A stretch of DNA of 64,000 nt from Paraspadella gotoi. Taxonomy: Eukaryota > Animalia > Chaetognatha. Shown here piece by piece: positions 50,676 to 63,824 of the stretch. How positions within the stretch are numbered: the first letter of the stretch is position 1; each line of letters begins with the position of its first letter. The DNA lies in contig JBJCIZ010001671.1 of NCBI GenBank assembly GCA_051294375.1, positions 22,512 through 86,511 of the forward strand, given 5' to 3'. The translations under genes and the position numbers were made by a program. The notes beneath the pieces are model-generated. The model was not told the origin of the DNA, did not search any database, and saw only the letters and a list, made by a program, of their open reading frames with translations.

Positions 50676-53600
50676 CTAGTGAATCTGAATTTGTCTTGTT
50701 TGAGTCTGTCCAAGTAAAGTTTGGAGAGAGAGAGAGAGAGAAAGAGAGAGGGAGAGAAAGAGTGGAGAAAGAGTCAGGTCCAGTCCCTGTCGGTCGATCG
50801 GTCAATCGGTCGAATGGGTCGGATCTGGCCGTCTCCGTCGTCTCGGCCTTTTCTCTTCACCCCCGCCTCGGCTCTAGGGCTCCTAAGACCTAAGCAAGAC
50901 CGTCTAAATGGCCGCGCAGGACCGACGGTATCATACGAATCTAACCTATCAACCCCCTATTCTTCTTCATGTCTTCTTGTTTCGGAGATGGAGTTTCCGA
51001 TGATCTTCATCTTGTTTCTTCGTTCGATGACATCTTGGTTCCTGAAGAGCTGTTTGAGGGGTTGAGGAGAAATATTCATACACTCATTCATTCGTTCATC
51101 GATTCATTCCTTCATTTGTTCGTTCGTTCATTCATTCATTCGTTCATTTGTTCATTCATTCGTTCATTCTGGTTATCTTGGATGGATAAGTTTCTTGTTC
51201 AATCCGAATCTTGAAATGTTAAGCGTTTTCCTGTCAGTTTGTTTTAATCTTATTTTAAGGTTTTCTAGTCTTATTTCTATTGTTTGTTTCTTCTGGTTGT
51301 TCTTGTTCGGTTTTTCTTGTTTTTCTATTTGTTTCTTGTTTCGTTTTTGTCTTATTGATTTTAAGAGTTTCTTTTTTGTTGTAATATCAAGTTTTTGTCT
51401 TTGGAGTTATTTTTATACATACTGCTTTATGTAAATGACATTATGTTTCATTCAATCTATAATATATCATTCTTTCATCGATTTCTTTTTTGTTGACATT
51501 CATTACTCATACTGCTCCAGAATGGGCGCATCCTCTTCAAGGGTTTCCTCTCCTGGCTGCAGGACCGAGCATATTATCTTCATCTAAATTGTTCTAATTT
51601 CTGGATTTTTCTTCTTGTTCTTGGTCTTGTTGATGGTCTTGTTCTTGGTCCATTGTTCTTGTTCAGTTCATTTTCTTGTTCTATTTCTTTTGCTCGGTTC
51701 CTCGCCGCGGATGGTCACCGTTTCACACATACGTTCCACATTTTCCCGGATATCAAGACTTTGGAAGACGGGCTCTACTGGCGCTGGCTTCCAACTTTTG
51801 GATTTTATTGTTTTCTTTTATTTAGTTTCGTATCTTCGTAATTTCTTTGATGTTGAGTCGTTCAAATAGGCGTTCCATATGATCTACTGTGCAGCGCGCA
51901 AGCCGTTCCATTTGTTCCTTGATCTTGATCCACCACGCCCACATTCAGGTGTGTCGAACTTTGATGGGAAGCCTTTTCGTCCGGTTAATAAAGATTGTGC
52001 CTCCCCTTGAGCTGGCACTGCCGCGCCCTTGGGTGGCCCACACTTTGCCGGCTCCTCTTTCCACGCTGCATGGCCGCGCGCGGAAGGGATGGCTTGCACA
52101 TTTCATTCGTACATTCTTTGCACGCGAGAATTGGCTGGTTGCCGCCGACTTTCCCTTAACGCAAAGTTCGGGGTTGGTCGACGGTTTCCGGCGCCGAATT
52201 CTCTGGCTGGTTGCCGCGGCTTTCCCATTACCCTAAGGTCAGGTCGGCCGGCGGGTTCCGACGCCACACACCTTTGGCTGGTTGCCACCGGCTTTCCCAG
52301 TACCCTGAGGTCGGGTTGGCCGGCGGTTTCCGACGCCGCACTCCTCTGGCTGGTTGCCGTCGGCTTTCCCATTACCCTTAGGTCAGGTTGTCCGACGGGT
52401 TCCGGCGCCAGAGCTCCGTCAGATGTTGATCGTTCGCAGTTGCTCGTTCACATGGAGAATAAAAGAGACAAAGATTAGTAGTTATATGTTAGACAATTTT
52501 TTTTTGTATCTGTTTTTTCTAATGATTATAATTGTTTTTAATATTTAACGAATACGGATTTAAAATATATCTTGTGTAAGAGTTTAGTCGTTAACTAAAT
52601 TCTTAAGTTTTATTTGTTAATTTAAATTCTGATAAATATGCTAGTTTTATAATTTTAAATATTCTTTGCTCTTTTTTATCGGGGTTTCTCGTTCTTTCAT
52701 GTTTCTTATTCATTTTTATTTTAATATAATATAATATTTATTATTAGCAGTTTTAATCATTATTTTTACATGACCATGTATTTTTCATTAGCTTAAATAG
52801 TAAATTAGTGACGTCGGAACGAAACAAAATGCTAATCAAACTTCATTAGGTCAGGGCTACAAAACAATTTATCATTCAGACATTCATAGTGGGTTTCATC
52901 TCATAACATATCAGTATATGGCGACTCACCGGATCAGCCGTGCAGCAGTGAGAGATGTCCATGTTGTGAGGCTGTGAAAGATTCCGTGTAGGAGAAGTCG
53001 CCACCACTTTCGCGTATGTCACGGGGTCCTGTCTCGGGGCAAATGCTGTAACATTATGCACAATAGAGTGGTGTGGCCCACCACATACAATACAGGCATT
53101 TTTAGGCAAGTTACACTGTTTAGCCAAATGGTTCTTTTCAAGACATCTATAACATAAACCATTTCTTTTCATAACAATAGCTTTGTTTTCATTGGACAGT
53201 TTTTTAAAAGCTTTGCAAGCTTCCAACATGTGCCATTCATTACAACATACACAAGCATGTTCAACTTTCACTTTCTGAGCAATTCGTACACTAGATGAAT
53301 GAAAACCTTGGTTGACCTTCAAAGGGTTGACCTTTGTCGCTTCACCCCCGCCGTTCAGGTTCCGGCGTGATTCGTTGGCGTTGATGGCAGCGATGTCGAC
53401 CGTGATCTTCTTTTTTCCATAGGCTCCTTTTTCTAAAAGAATTCTTTTCTTGAGAAAGATGATGAAGTCGTCAAACTTCAACTTTCTCCCGTGATGGTAC
53501 TGATGATCTGCATCTTTTTCCGCAAAGTCGCCTTTTAGAAAGTCACATCTGGTTTCCATAATCTTGTTGATAACAGTGTCTTCATCCATTTCACTCCCTT

Positions 53601-55051
53601 TTTCATATTTATCAGCCAAAACTTTGACATTCTCCAATTCAGTGGTTAACCTGTCCAATTCTGTTCTGTTTCCTGGCATTATCTTAGGTTTGGCCAAGAT
53701 ATCCCTGAGAAAATCATGGACGTTGGCATCTTTCTTCCCAAATTCTTTTCTTAGGGTCTCCAAAGCTTCTTTAATTGCCTCAGAGTGGTCATTTTCTTTC
53801 ATTATGAATTTGGTTAGTTTCATATGAGCCAGTCCTGTAAACCAATGGTTGAGCTCTTGTAGTTTGACCTCGTCAGTAGCTTCAGCCTGTTTCATGGTTG
53901 CTTCATATGCTCGCATATGCAGTTCAAACACAACATTCTTGTCTTCTCCAGAAAAAGGTTTCTTTGGCCTTCCCTGTTCGACATTCCTCAGCATGGAATC
54001 CTTTTTCAATTGGTTCATCCAAATTGCCATAATTGAATCGTTAAGGTTGGTTGCTGTGGCAGTTGGTGCTGGGGTCATAACCGGAGTTTGAGCCAAACAA
54101 TCTGAGTCGGCTTCAAAAAAGCGGGTCGTTGTACCTCCAAAACTCACTCGTCGATTTTTTTCATTTTCCAATTTTTGGGTGAGATTATGGACCAAGTCCT
54201 CCAGCTGATGGATCCTCCTTTCTTGTTTCTTTAGATTCACTTCATGGTTGACACAGCAATCGCTGAGCTTAGTCATAGTTTCAGCTTTCCCAGTTCTTGT
54301 TTCATTAAAGATTCTTTCCATGCATTCGAGGCGTCCTTGAAGCATTTGGAAGGCTTTGCACATTTCATTCAAGTCATTTCGCATTCTTTCATTTTCGGCA
54401 GAAGAGGATTCGCGACGGCGACTTCTGCGTGACTTCTCGTTTTTCTTTCAATCTTCTCATTTATTGTCTTCATTTCTCTCTTTTATTTCGTTCATGAGTT
54501 CATTTCTTTTTCCATCTCTATTTTCTTTTTTCTATTTCTTGTTTGTACTGCTCTTCTTCTTTTCTTCTTTTTCCGCCTTGATAAGGGTCAATTCATGTTG
54601 TTCTTTGTCAAATTTTCCTTTAACAAATCTTTTCATCATTGAAGTCGTGGTCCGAGCCAGAATCCTCTTGATCAACAGCATTGTGTCATGCTGCTACATC
54701 ATCATTCGTCGCTTCATACGTTTGCTTCACCGCCGTTTCAGAGTCTCCGATGTCGAGTCGAAATCCTCACTTTCACTCTGCCTTTTCAGAATCATGAGTT
54801 TCCCGCCGGGACTCTGGTCCTCTCCTCGCCATGGCGACGCATAGCAATGTTCACTATTTGGAGAGTTTGGTCGAGAAGATTGAGATCGTCGGGAGATCGG
54901 CAAGACTCTTGAGCAGCCTTGGTCTGTCTCTCTTCAATTCGAGGAGGTCCATAGTTCACCGGCGATAATGACCGATTCGGGGTGGCGAGTTCCTGGTAGC
55001 GCTCGATGAGCCACACGGTGCCTCAGACCTCCAGGAAAAAAAAAATTTCAA
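50676..55051 (-). mobile_element. Gag-only unit, copy B (uninterrupted)
   Basis: Homologous to 37269-48126; no pol motifs between gag and the unit end. Confidence 0.75.
52876..54384 (-). CDS. gag: BEL/Pao-type Gag-like protein (502 aa)
   Basis: Coiled-coil N-terminus, FSG...KLQ.L...G.A capsid-like region, three BEL-type knuckles (CVCCNEWHMLEAC, CYRCLEKNHLAKQC, CIVCGGPHHSIVH). Frameshifted upstream extension to ~55020. Confidence 0.85.
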   Translation of the reverse strand: MRNDLNEMCKAFQMLQGRLECMERIFNETRTGKAETMTKLSDCCVNHEVNLKKQERRIHQLEDLVHNLTQKLENEKNRRVSFGGTTTRFFEADSDCLAQTPVMTPAPTATATNLNDSIMAIWMNQLKKDSMLRNVEQGRPKKPFSGEDKNVVFELHMRAYEATMKQAEATDEVKLQELNHWFTGLAHMKLTKFIMKENDHSEAIKEALETLRKEFGKKDANVHDFLRDILAKPKIMPGNRTELDRLTTELENVKVLADKYEKGSEMDEDTVINKIMETRCDFLKGDFAEKDADHQYHHGRKLKFDDFIIFLKKRILLEKGAYGKKKITVDIAAINANESRRNLNGGGEATKVNPLKVNQGFHSSSVRIAQKVKVEHACVCCNEWHMLEACKAFKKLSNENKAIVMKRNGLCYRCLEKNHLAKQCNLPKNACIVCGGPHHSIVHNVTAFAPRQDPVTYAKVVATSPTRNLSQPHNMDISHCCTADPVSRHILICYEMKPTMNV

Positions 55052-55409
55052 AATCGAGTGAAAAAAGTCATGTCATCGATTTTGATTTTGATAGGTTAAC
55101 TGATAAGTAGATGGTTCTTGCGGGCTTTTGATCAGAAAAGATCGCTAAAACTCGTAACCTTTCTTTTCTTTTTACTTTTCTTTTACTCTCTAAAATAAAT
55201 TATTTTTTTATTTTGGCCAACTGCCATTTTCTCTATACTTATGGTTAATTGCATAAAATGATACGGCGTTCGAAAGCTGATTGTCTCCCCTTGGATATAT
55301 GCATAAGGACAAATGTTATTTTTTCATACGTATAAAGTAATATAATTTTTTCTTAACATACTTCATGTATTTTACATTAAAAAAATTTACAAAAACATTT
55401 TTTTTACTT

Positions 55410-56170
55410 CATATTACTCGTTTAACCAGGTTTATCACTGCTGGTAATATCTATAGGTTTTATTAGATAAAGGAAGGTTTACTTAGTCTGGGTTTGATGC
55501 GATTCATTGCGATTTTTAAAATTAAGAGAGAATTTGATTTTTCAAATAAGGTATTCAACCACAGACATTCGCGCAAAATATATAAGAAATTAACTAAGTT
55601 TCAAGAATTTAAAATTTTTCTTGCAGTTACTCGTTTAAACAGGTTTATTATATTAAAAAATGATAATAGTTTTATTAGTTAGTAATCGGTTTTGGCTATT
55701 ATGGTCTGTTGCGGTTTTTTGGCGTTTTGAGTTTTAAGAAAGAAATATACCTTACCAGTTGACAAGTCAATCATCGAAAATAACAAAGAAAGAACTAGGT
55801 TTTCAAAATTTTCTTTTCTGACTTTCTTGTATTCGTTTAACCAGGTTTATCTGAACTAAATATCATTCTCAGGTTGAACAGGTAGCATAAGGTTCTAGTA
55901 ATACCTGGTTAATGCGGATTTTAGCGATTTTGTATTTTAAGAGAGAAACAAGCTTTACCAATGAACTTCTCAATTCCGAAAAATAACAAAGAAAGAACTA
56001 GGATTTTAAATTTCTNNNNNNNNNNATTTTGACGAATTCGTTTACAAAGGTTTTTGTTAAAAAAGAGATATATTCATGTTTAAAAGCTGACCTGAGATTA
56101 CAGTGATATAGGGTTAAAGCGGATTTTCGTTATTTTCAGTTTTAATGGAGAAAGAAGCTCCACCAGTAAA
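55410..56170. repeat. Four diverged ~205-bp tandem units upstream of gag
   Basis: TCGTTTA..CAGGTTT near 55418, 55631, 55833 and 56038, each followed by GCG(G)ATT...AGAGA. Confidence 0.6.
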
Positions 56171-59100
56171 CCCATCAGACCTCCTAGATTATCAAGTNNN
56201 NNNNNNNTTGTTTTTATTTTCACTGTTTGGGGATATTTGTTATCTTGTTATTTTAATCAATAAATCAATATATAAATCTTATATTCATTAGAGAGAGAGA
56301 GAGAGNNNNNNNNNNTGATTGAAGAGAAAGGCACGAGACCGACGAAGACGACGACAGAGACGACGACAAAGACGACGACAAAGATGACGACAACCGAGGT
56401 CGATGGACTGACCGATTGACCGTACGACTCGTTTGCCCTCTCTCTCTTTTACCGGTTTCTCCCCCCTTTCTCTCTCATTTCTACGATTCGACCTATTTAT
56501 TATATACGACATTCGGGAGTCCTGTCAGATGCAGNNNNNNNNNNCTCACGACGAGCCATTCCGACCCTGCAACGCGGGAGACCCAAGTCTCTCTTCAAAG
56601 AAAGAGAGAGAGAGAGAGAGAGAGAAAAGAGAGAGAGTAAGAGAGTGAGAAAGAAAGAGAGAGTGAGAGAGAGAAAGAAAGAAAGAGAGAGATAGATAAA
56701 AATGCGTATAAAAACCGCAAAGTAATTAAATAAAAACCGCGCTCTTTTCCCTTTCTATTTCTCTCTTCTTTTATGAGAAATGAGGAAACCAACCACTGAC
56801 CAAGCAAAAATATGACAAAATTGCTATTTGCATGTTGTTAGTTTTTAGACAACATTATTCCTTAAAACACATTCAGTAGAATATAAATATTCCAAAGCAA
56901 AACAGAATTTTTTTTTAAAAAAAATATGTAAGTTTAAATTGATATTCAATTTTAATAATTATATAAAACGTCTTGATGGTCATTATTATTTAAAACAAAA
57001 TAAAAAACAATTTTATAAATATTTTTCAAGTCTAGGAATAATCATTAGAATGGTGACATCAAATCGGAGGTGGCGGGTGGGATGTGCCGTTATTTAAAAC
57101 TCAGGCAGTGTTGTAGTGAGATAGGCGGCGACGGAGGAAGGCAGCAGGCCGTAACCTGGAGGTCGTTTTTGAAAATTCAGGCAGGTGTGCGCCGCCAATT
57201 CAAAGCCAAGAAACAAAATGCGTCCAAACTACGACGGTCAGAGGCACAACTATAACGACGGAGAATCTTTATTATCCCCACCGTTTCGCCAGCAACGAGA
57301 GGCAGCCCCAGTGGCGCCAACACCCATTTCGAGCGGCAAAAAGAAGCAACAAATATACTATCGATCCAACACCGACTCTCCCTTTGGACGCTCCCCTACA
57401 ATTCGCCTAGTCGTAAATCCACGCCATTCCTTGCGTCAGCCACGCCCACTCCTAACGCCACGACAACGGCCGTTCGTTCGGGGCCTCGGTCCAGATTCCA
57501 CGACCGAAGAATATGGACGCTTGCTAGTCGCCAAGGTCTCAACGCTGTCGTTACGACCGCCGGGGAGACTCAGATAAAATTATAGATGTTTCAAATAGAC
57601 TCCAAAACTATAACTCAGTGCTTCTCATTTTCTCAACATTTACCATGAAATCATATGTACTTAATATTTTTTAAATTTTAAACTCTTACCTCGTTTGTTC
57701 AATTTCTTACATTATAGATATTCAATTTTACTTTTTAGTATTAAACTCAAACCTCTACCGAAAATCCTGTATACTTCAACACACTTAAGTCTATTGATGC
57801 CCATCTCGTTTCAACTTAGAATTACCTGGGTGATTTTCGTCTGGGGGTTGTTAGTTTTGAACCCCAAATGTTTTCCAGCCACACGCTTGATTCGGGGTAT
57901 CTGATATTCAACCATATTGAATCGTTACCAAACTTAAATTCGAAGTTGTTTAATTCACTAGCTTAGATCAATTCATAATTTAATTAAATAATAAAATTAA
58001 AAAGCGCATGACTCAGGATGAACCCCAGGACTTTCCAGCCAGAGCAGCGATCCAGCCAGATGTCACCACTGGCTACGAATAAAGATTGATATTGACTCCA
58101 GAGGCTTTTTATGGTTCAATCCTACTCTATAGTGTCATCCCTTTTTATGTAACTAAAACAAAAGAACAACCAGAGTAAAGTAAAGTCAGCTGATTCCTTT
58201 CTATTTGTTATCCATATCTGCAACTTATTTTGCATAAACTTCCATTAAAACTTCTGGAAAACCTAACAAAGAAAATTCTTTATTGGAACAGTGTTATTAC
58301 TTATTCATTGTTAATAACATTTGTTAATTCGTTGATTAATTAATTAATTAGGATTATTATTCTTTATGTTGCAATTTCGCATATGGATTATTGTACAAAG
58401 CTAATTAGCCTATGAATATCTATTATGCTTTGATATTTTATTTAAGCTCTATATCATGAACCAAGCAAAGTTGGTTTAACAAAGATTTTTATCACCAAAC
58501 CAATAAACAATTCAAGCACGTTGCGATGCGACCATCGCCGCCATCTACAGCTACTGCATGAAGAGAGAGAGAAGAGAGAGAGAGAGAAAGGAGAGAGAGG
58601 AGGAGAGAGAGCAGACAGAGAGAGTGAGGAGAGATTGTTTGCATAATTTTTATTTTTGAAAAAAAGAAGAAAGAAAATAGACTTGATTAAGACAATCCCG
58701 TTCAAGCGAAACTTTCTTTTGTTTATCTGTTTGGACCGTGCGCGGAAGAAATTCGGGGTCAGAGAACAGAAAACTCTCGAACGCTGAACCAATAACAACA
58801 ACAAATACACCTATTAACAACAACTACTAATAACAACAACAACCAAAACCATCTTTATATTTATTTGTGAATAATATTCCGAAATCAGAATAATGAGATC
58901 AAGCAGAAAATTATACAAAGTAAAAGTAGGTGTGAAATTATATATGCCTCGCCTCTTTTTTCCTCTAAGCCGGAATTAGCATTTTTGACTCTACTTAGTT
59001 GTCCTCACGAAGTCGGACAAATAGTTTCTGTCTTATTTCTCCTGGTCTATGAGTCATTAATTTGGGAGAGACTCCAAAAGCGCAATAATTAGTTCGATTC

Positions 59101-60556
59101 CTTTACCCAATCATCACAAGTAGCACGCCCGTCCTCAACGGGGTTTTACAGGACTTTTTATGGACGATTTTATGTAACAATACAAGTTACTAGAACTTTC
59201 ACTCTACTTTTTTACTTAATAATTTTACTCCGATATTAGCCTAAAAGATTCATTGAAAACCTACGTATACATACAAGGGACGGACGACGCTTCGAATGTT
59301 TGATATCTGCAGGCGTGAAATACTAAAGATATTTTCACGAGTAGGCGTAAGGCCGTACCTCAATGGAGTGAGTCTAAAAAAGTTTAGTAGGTGTGCAGTA
59401 CAAGCTCAAACGAAAGTTTATACATTTTAAGGATACTTTTAATGCGACAAAAAATTTCTTAATATGGTCTATACCCTAAGTAATTAATTTTTATATTAAT
59501 ATTTTAAAAGATAAGACGAAGAATAAGATAGACAAGATAAGACAAGATAGAAAAGGCCAAAAATGTTTTGGATAAATTTAAAATTTTAAGACCAGATTCA
59601 GATAGCCTCATAAAAAGTATAATTCTTTTTTAATATTTTTATTTCAAGTAGGTCAAAAATTAAGAAAAGACCGTAAAAAAAATAGTTATTTTCACATCAT
59701 TAAGGCATTAGTAAAAGTTTCTAAATTTAACTTTAATTAAAATCTCTAAAAGTGAGGAACGAAACAAACATATATCAATGAACATTTATGTTAATTAAAA
59801 AAATTTATATTAATTACAATTTACCGGCAGTAGCCATATTCTATACTAGTACTTAAATCAAGTAAATGTTAAAAATTTCAAACAGTTGTTTTTTAAGAGT
59901 TTTTTTTCTTGCAGATTTGATTCGCTCCATAAAAAGTTTGATAAAAAAGAAATATAACTCTTGTTTTGGCGAATACATTCCTTCATCTAAAGTGGCGGTC
60001 AAAAATTAGAAAAAGGCTATATTATTCAAGCTTGGAACATCTAACTTTCCCTATATATTTAAATATAGTTTTTTAATTTTTAACCCATGTTTAATGAAAG
60101 CAATATTTAAAAATGATTTCGTATATTTTCTTGTCATTCAAACTTTCTGCTACGACGGAATTCCAAATCTGCAACTCAAACATAAGAACAAGCCGTTATT
60201 TTGAAATTTCTTCGATTTTATAGGATAGTACTATATATAAATAGAACCCTACTGCGAAAATTAAAATAACATAAAATTATTTTTTTTTTACAAATTATAT
60301 GTTCACTGAATGGATATGTTGTCTCATAACTGACTCTTTAGAATTTCTCGTTAATTTGTAACTTATCACTACGCCTTAATCATCATCTTTTTGATGTTGT
60401 ATATCATTTTTTTATATACTTTTTATTGGAAAAAACGTAAGAATTTTTCTAAAAGCGCTGTTAATTTATATTTCTTGTTTAACTTTTTATGCTCTAGAGT
60501 TAATCCATCAAAAAAAATTTAAGATTTTAAAAATTGGTTTTTTCTTCATATAGTAA

Positions 60557-60903
60557 CATCGCCAATGAATCAAAGACTCCAGAAATTAAAATCGTGAGAA
60601 CCAACGGATCGGCCATTCATACGGATCGGATCAACCGGATACGTGATCAGGCGAGAATACAATGGACAACTACTCTCTGCGATGGCTAGAAAGCTACTTA
60701 TATAATGGCACCGGCCAATGAAGCAAATGGCGGGAAATTTGACCTTACCCCTATCGTTTGGGCTGTATAAAAGGAACCGAATTCTGTATTGATTCACTCT
60801 GCCATTGAAATTGACACCGTCTTGTTTATCGTTTATTTCGAAGAAATAAAAATCCACTTTGGGTTTCGCTCAAGATAATCCCTGTCTCCACTTACTAAAT
60901 TTG
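60557..60903 (+). mobile_element. Lone LTR related to the 40324-46106 element
   Basis: CATCGC...AAGACTCCAGAA...GGCCAATGAA...TATAAAAGGAACCGAATTCTGTATTGATTCACTCTGCC...ACTAAATTTG; a diverged subfamily with no internal ORFs following. Confidence 0.88.
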
Positions 60904-60905
60904 TA

Positions 60906-60946
60906 TGGTGGCAGCGGTGGGATTCGAACCCACGCCTCCCGAAGAG
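60906..60946 (+). promoter_or_regulatory. Extended PBS / reverse copy of the 3' half of mature tRNA-Leu (AAG/TAG type)
   Basis: TGGTGGCAGCGGTGGGATTCGAACCCACGCCTCCCGAAGAG is the complement of CCA, acceptor stem, T-arm and variable arm. Confidence 0.85.
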
Positions 60947-62619
60947 GCGACCTAGGTAATATTTTAATTAGGCTAGTACCTCGGAAAAATAATTGATAGA
61001 TATATATTTTAACGGGCTTTTATTCATTAGCATTTAAATGTTCATCGGCTATGCTAGTAAAAGGGATAACTAATCATGATTTCATTTTTGTTTAAAAAAT
61101 TACATTTACAAACGGTTTTGTCCTTCAATACACATTGATTCTTTTGTCATTGAGCCGATCTTCTCACCTGCATCCTCTGATAGCCTCGATCCAGGCTTGA
61201 CCATTCTGCCAGTGACTCTGCCTTAACTCGTTATTGCTTTAGTAGTTGCCCCTCTCGCCAGACAGGAGATGGAAAAGCAGGTCTGAAAAACCAAAGGAAA
61301 CATTTCAATTTAAAGATTTCTAATTTGTGATTAAACTTTTTAGTAAAACGAATTAATGAAGGATTTTAAGACTCGTAAGAGTCAATCTCAGATCTGTAAC
61401 TAATGGCACAGCTACTTTTAGTACAGTATTGCACTCTTGCACTTCTCAATTTGATTCGCGATCATTTCAACCAAACTAAGAAACTTTAAGAACGAAGAAA
61501 GAAAAAATATATTAAATATTAAACGCAAACAATTCTTAAAAAATGCTACAAAGTTCTGTAGCAGTTTTTTTGAGCGAGACAAAAACCCTATTCTACTACG
61601 TTGTTACAAAGAGCTAACTGCGGCGTCCGCCTTAACTAAGCATAATTAAAACATTTTTTAGCATACATTTTTTGTTTTAAATGTCGCTCTTTTTTTTCAC
61701 ACGTTCATCTCACAGGACAGGAAGACTACAAAAAAAATTACATAGCAGAAACGCCAAGAAAAACTATGAAATTAAAAGTTTTTTGTCCTTAAATCTTGAC
61801 ATAACATTTGACTATCAAGTAATCTCCTTATCAAATCTTACTATGCAAGCGAATCGCCTTCCGAATATAAATCAGAAAGAATTAACGAAAGAATTTGTTT
61901 AGACAATGTCATTACATTTTATATCGCCGCCTCGCGCCGAGACATGATGGCTAAATCGACCGACGACGACGACGACGACGACGACTGACCGACGACGACG
62001 AACGATGTTAAACATTCAGGCGAGCTCAACTTCGATGAAATCACTGAACGACCGATGCTTAACATACGCATGGGGGGAAAAAGAATGGAGAGAGAATACC
62101 TAGAGACAGAGAGAGAAACGAAAGAAGCAGGGAAAGAAAGAATAGAAGATATGAAAGACGATGAGAGAAAAGAAGAAAGATAACGGAAAAGAAAGAAAGA
62201 AAGAAAGAAAGAAAGTTAGAAAGAAAGAAAAAGAAAGAGAACAGCGAAAGAGAGTAAAGAAGAGAGAGAGAGAGAAAAAGGAAAGAGAAAGTCAAAGAGA
62301 GAGAAACGAAAGAAAGAAAGACAAGAAAAGAAAGAGCCAAGCCAGGAAAGAAAGATGAGAAAGAAAGAAAGGAAAGAAAAAAAAAGCAAAGAAATATCGA
62401 ACACGAGAGAGAGAGAGAATTCTCACGTTAATGTTCTTAACTCATTATATCTTCCCATTTAACGAAAGTTAAATGAGATACACAGAAAGTTAATTTAGGT
62501 TACGAATATGAGAATAGTTGCGACGTGAAAAAGAAGGAACAAAGGAAAATAACGGTTTAAAAAGATTGCAGAGAGACGAGAGAAAGGTGGGCAGGAGATG
62601 AGAGAGCGATGAGAGACGA

Positions 62620-62651
<32 letters not shown>

Positions 62652-62977
62652 CGAGAGAGAGACCAGAGACCTTGCAGGAAACCGAGTAACTCGACAGCAA
62701 ATAGCTCAAAGCTGAAGAATGGATTGTTCCACATGATGATGTCAACATCAGATGGCATGTGCCGCTTTTTTCTTCTTTGCAGTACCGGTGCAATTCCGTT
62801 CGTCAGTATGTTATTTTAAAAACTTATACTATATTCTATACGTTATACCCTATGACGCTGATACTAGATCTTTGTACCTTCAAATACCTCCACTGTCTCT
62901 ATAGCTGACTATTAATTTTCAATTTCCTATTATCTAGTACAAAACAACTTAACTCTCTGCGCTCTCTACCACTCTCC

Positions 62978-63023
<46 letters not shown>

Positions 63024-63104
63024 TCTCTCTCATTCTCTCCTCTCTTCACTCTAACATCTCTTTTCTCAACGTCTGTTCTCCTCCTCTCTCTCTCTCTCTT
63101 CTTG

Positions 63105-63460
63105 TCTTTCATCACATTGCCTTCCTCTTCGCCTTTCACTTCGCCTTTCTTTCGCCTTATCACTTTGTCTTTCACATTGCTGATCACTTCGCTGTTCCAC
63201 TTTTGCCCTATCACTTTGCCTTCCAATTCGTCCTTCCGTCCTTCGCATTCCTTCTTGGCCTTTTACTCGCCTTCACTTTCGCCTTGCCTTCCTTTTCACC
63301 TTTCTTTTGCCTTCCTCTTCACCTTTCTTTTCGGCCCTTTCATTTTCGCCTTTCACTTCCGCTCTATCACTTCGCCCTTCCTCTTTGCCTGTCACTTCGC
63401 CTTTCACTTCGCCCTTTCATTTCAGCTCTCACCTTCGCCTTGCCTACTTTCGCACTTGCG
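63105..63460. repeat. 12-bp minisatellite (CTTCGCCTTTCA)
   Basis: Degenerate tandem units next to a (CT)n tract. Confidence 0.8.
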
Positions 63461-63824
63461 CGGCCCAAAACACGAATTGGAATCAGTTTCCTTCAAAAAG
63501 CCGAAACTTATTAAAAGTTCTCCTGAAGTAATTAAAGAACGTCGCGAGTTCGCAACCCCGCTCAAATAATATTCTTGGGCCGAAGAATCAAAGACCAAGA
63601 AATCAATTCTATCACGAGAAAAGAAATCGGAAACTTGGGAAATTTAACACGAGAGAACAATATACGAAAATAACAGATGCGAAATAAGAAAGGAAAAAAA
63701 CCCGCAATGCTGAAAAATCGATCACTGCGGTGAAAGGCCAGTGCTCTTTGGCAAAAATATATCATTATATTGTGTGCAGCAACGACTTAAAGCTGCCTCA
63801 CTGCTTGCCGTCCTCAGCCTACGT

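Larger units (their letters stand above)
50336..56592. repeat. Imperfect ~95-bp inverted repeats (50336-50430 / 56500-56592) enclosing gag unit copy B
   Basis: AGAGACTTGGCTCTCCCGCGTCGCAGGG...CTGCATCTGACAAGACTCCCGAACGTCGTATATAA matches the reverse complement of 56500-56592. Confidence 0.75.

Noticed and set aside
60906-60946. tRNA-Leu gene on the minus strand
   Set aside because: Only the 3' half is present, it includes CCA, and it abuts an LTR; no D-arm or anticodon arm.
61170-61283. Minus-strand exon with good splice sites
   Set aside because: Stops in all three frames; could only be a UTR or start exon, unsupported.
62059-63569. Lys/Glu/Arg- or Phe/Ser-rich ORFs
   Set aside because: Derived from (GA)n, (GAAA)n and 12-bp minisatellite sequence.
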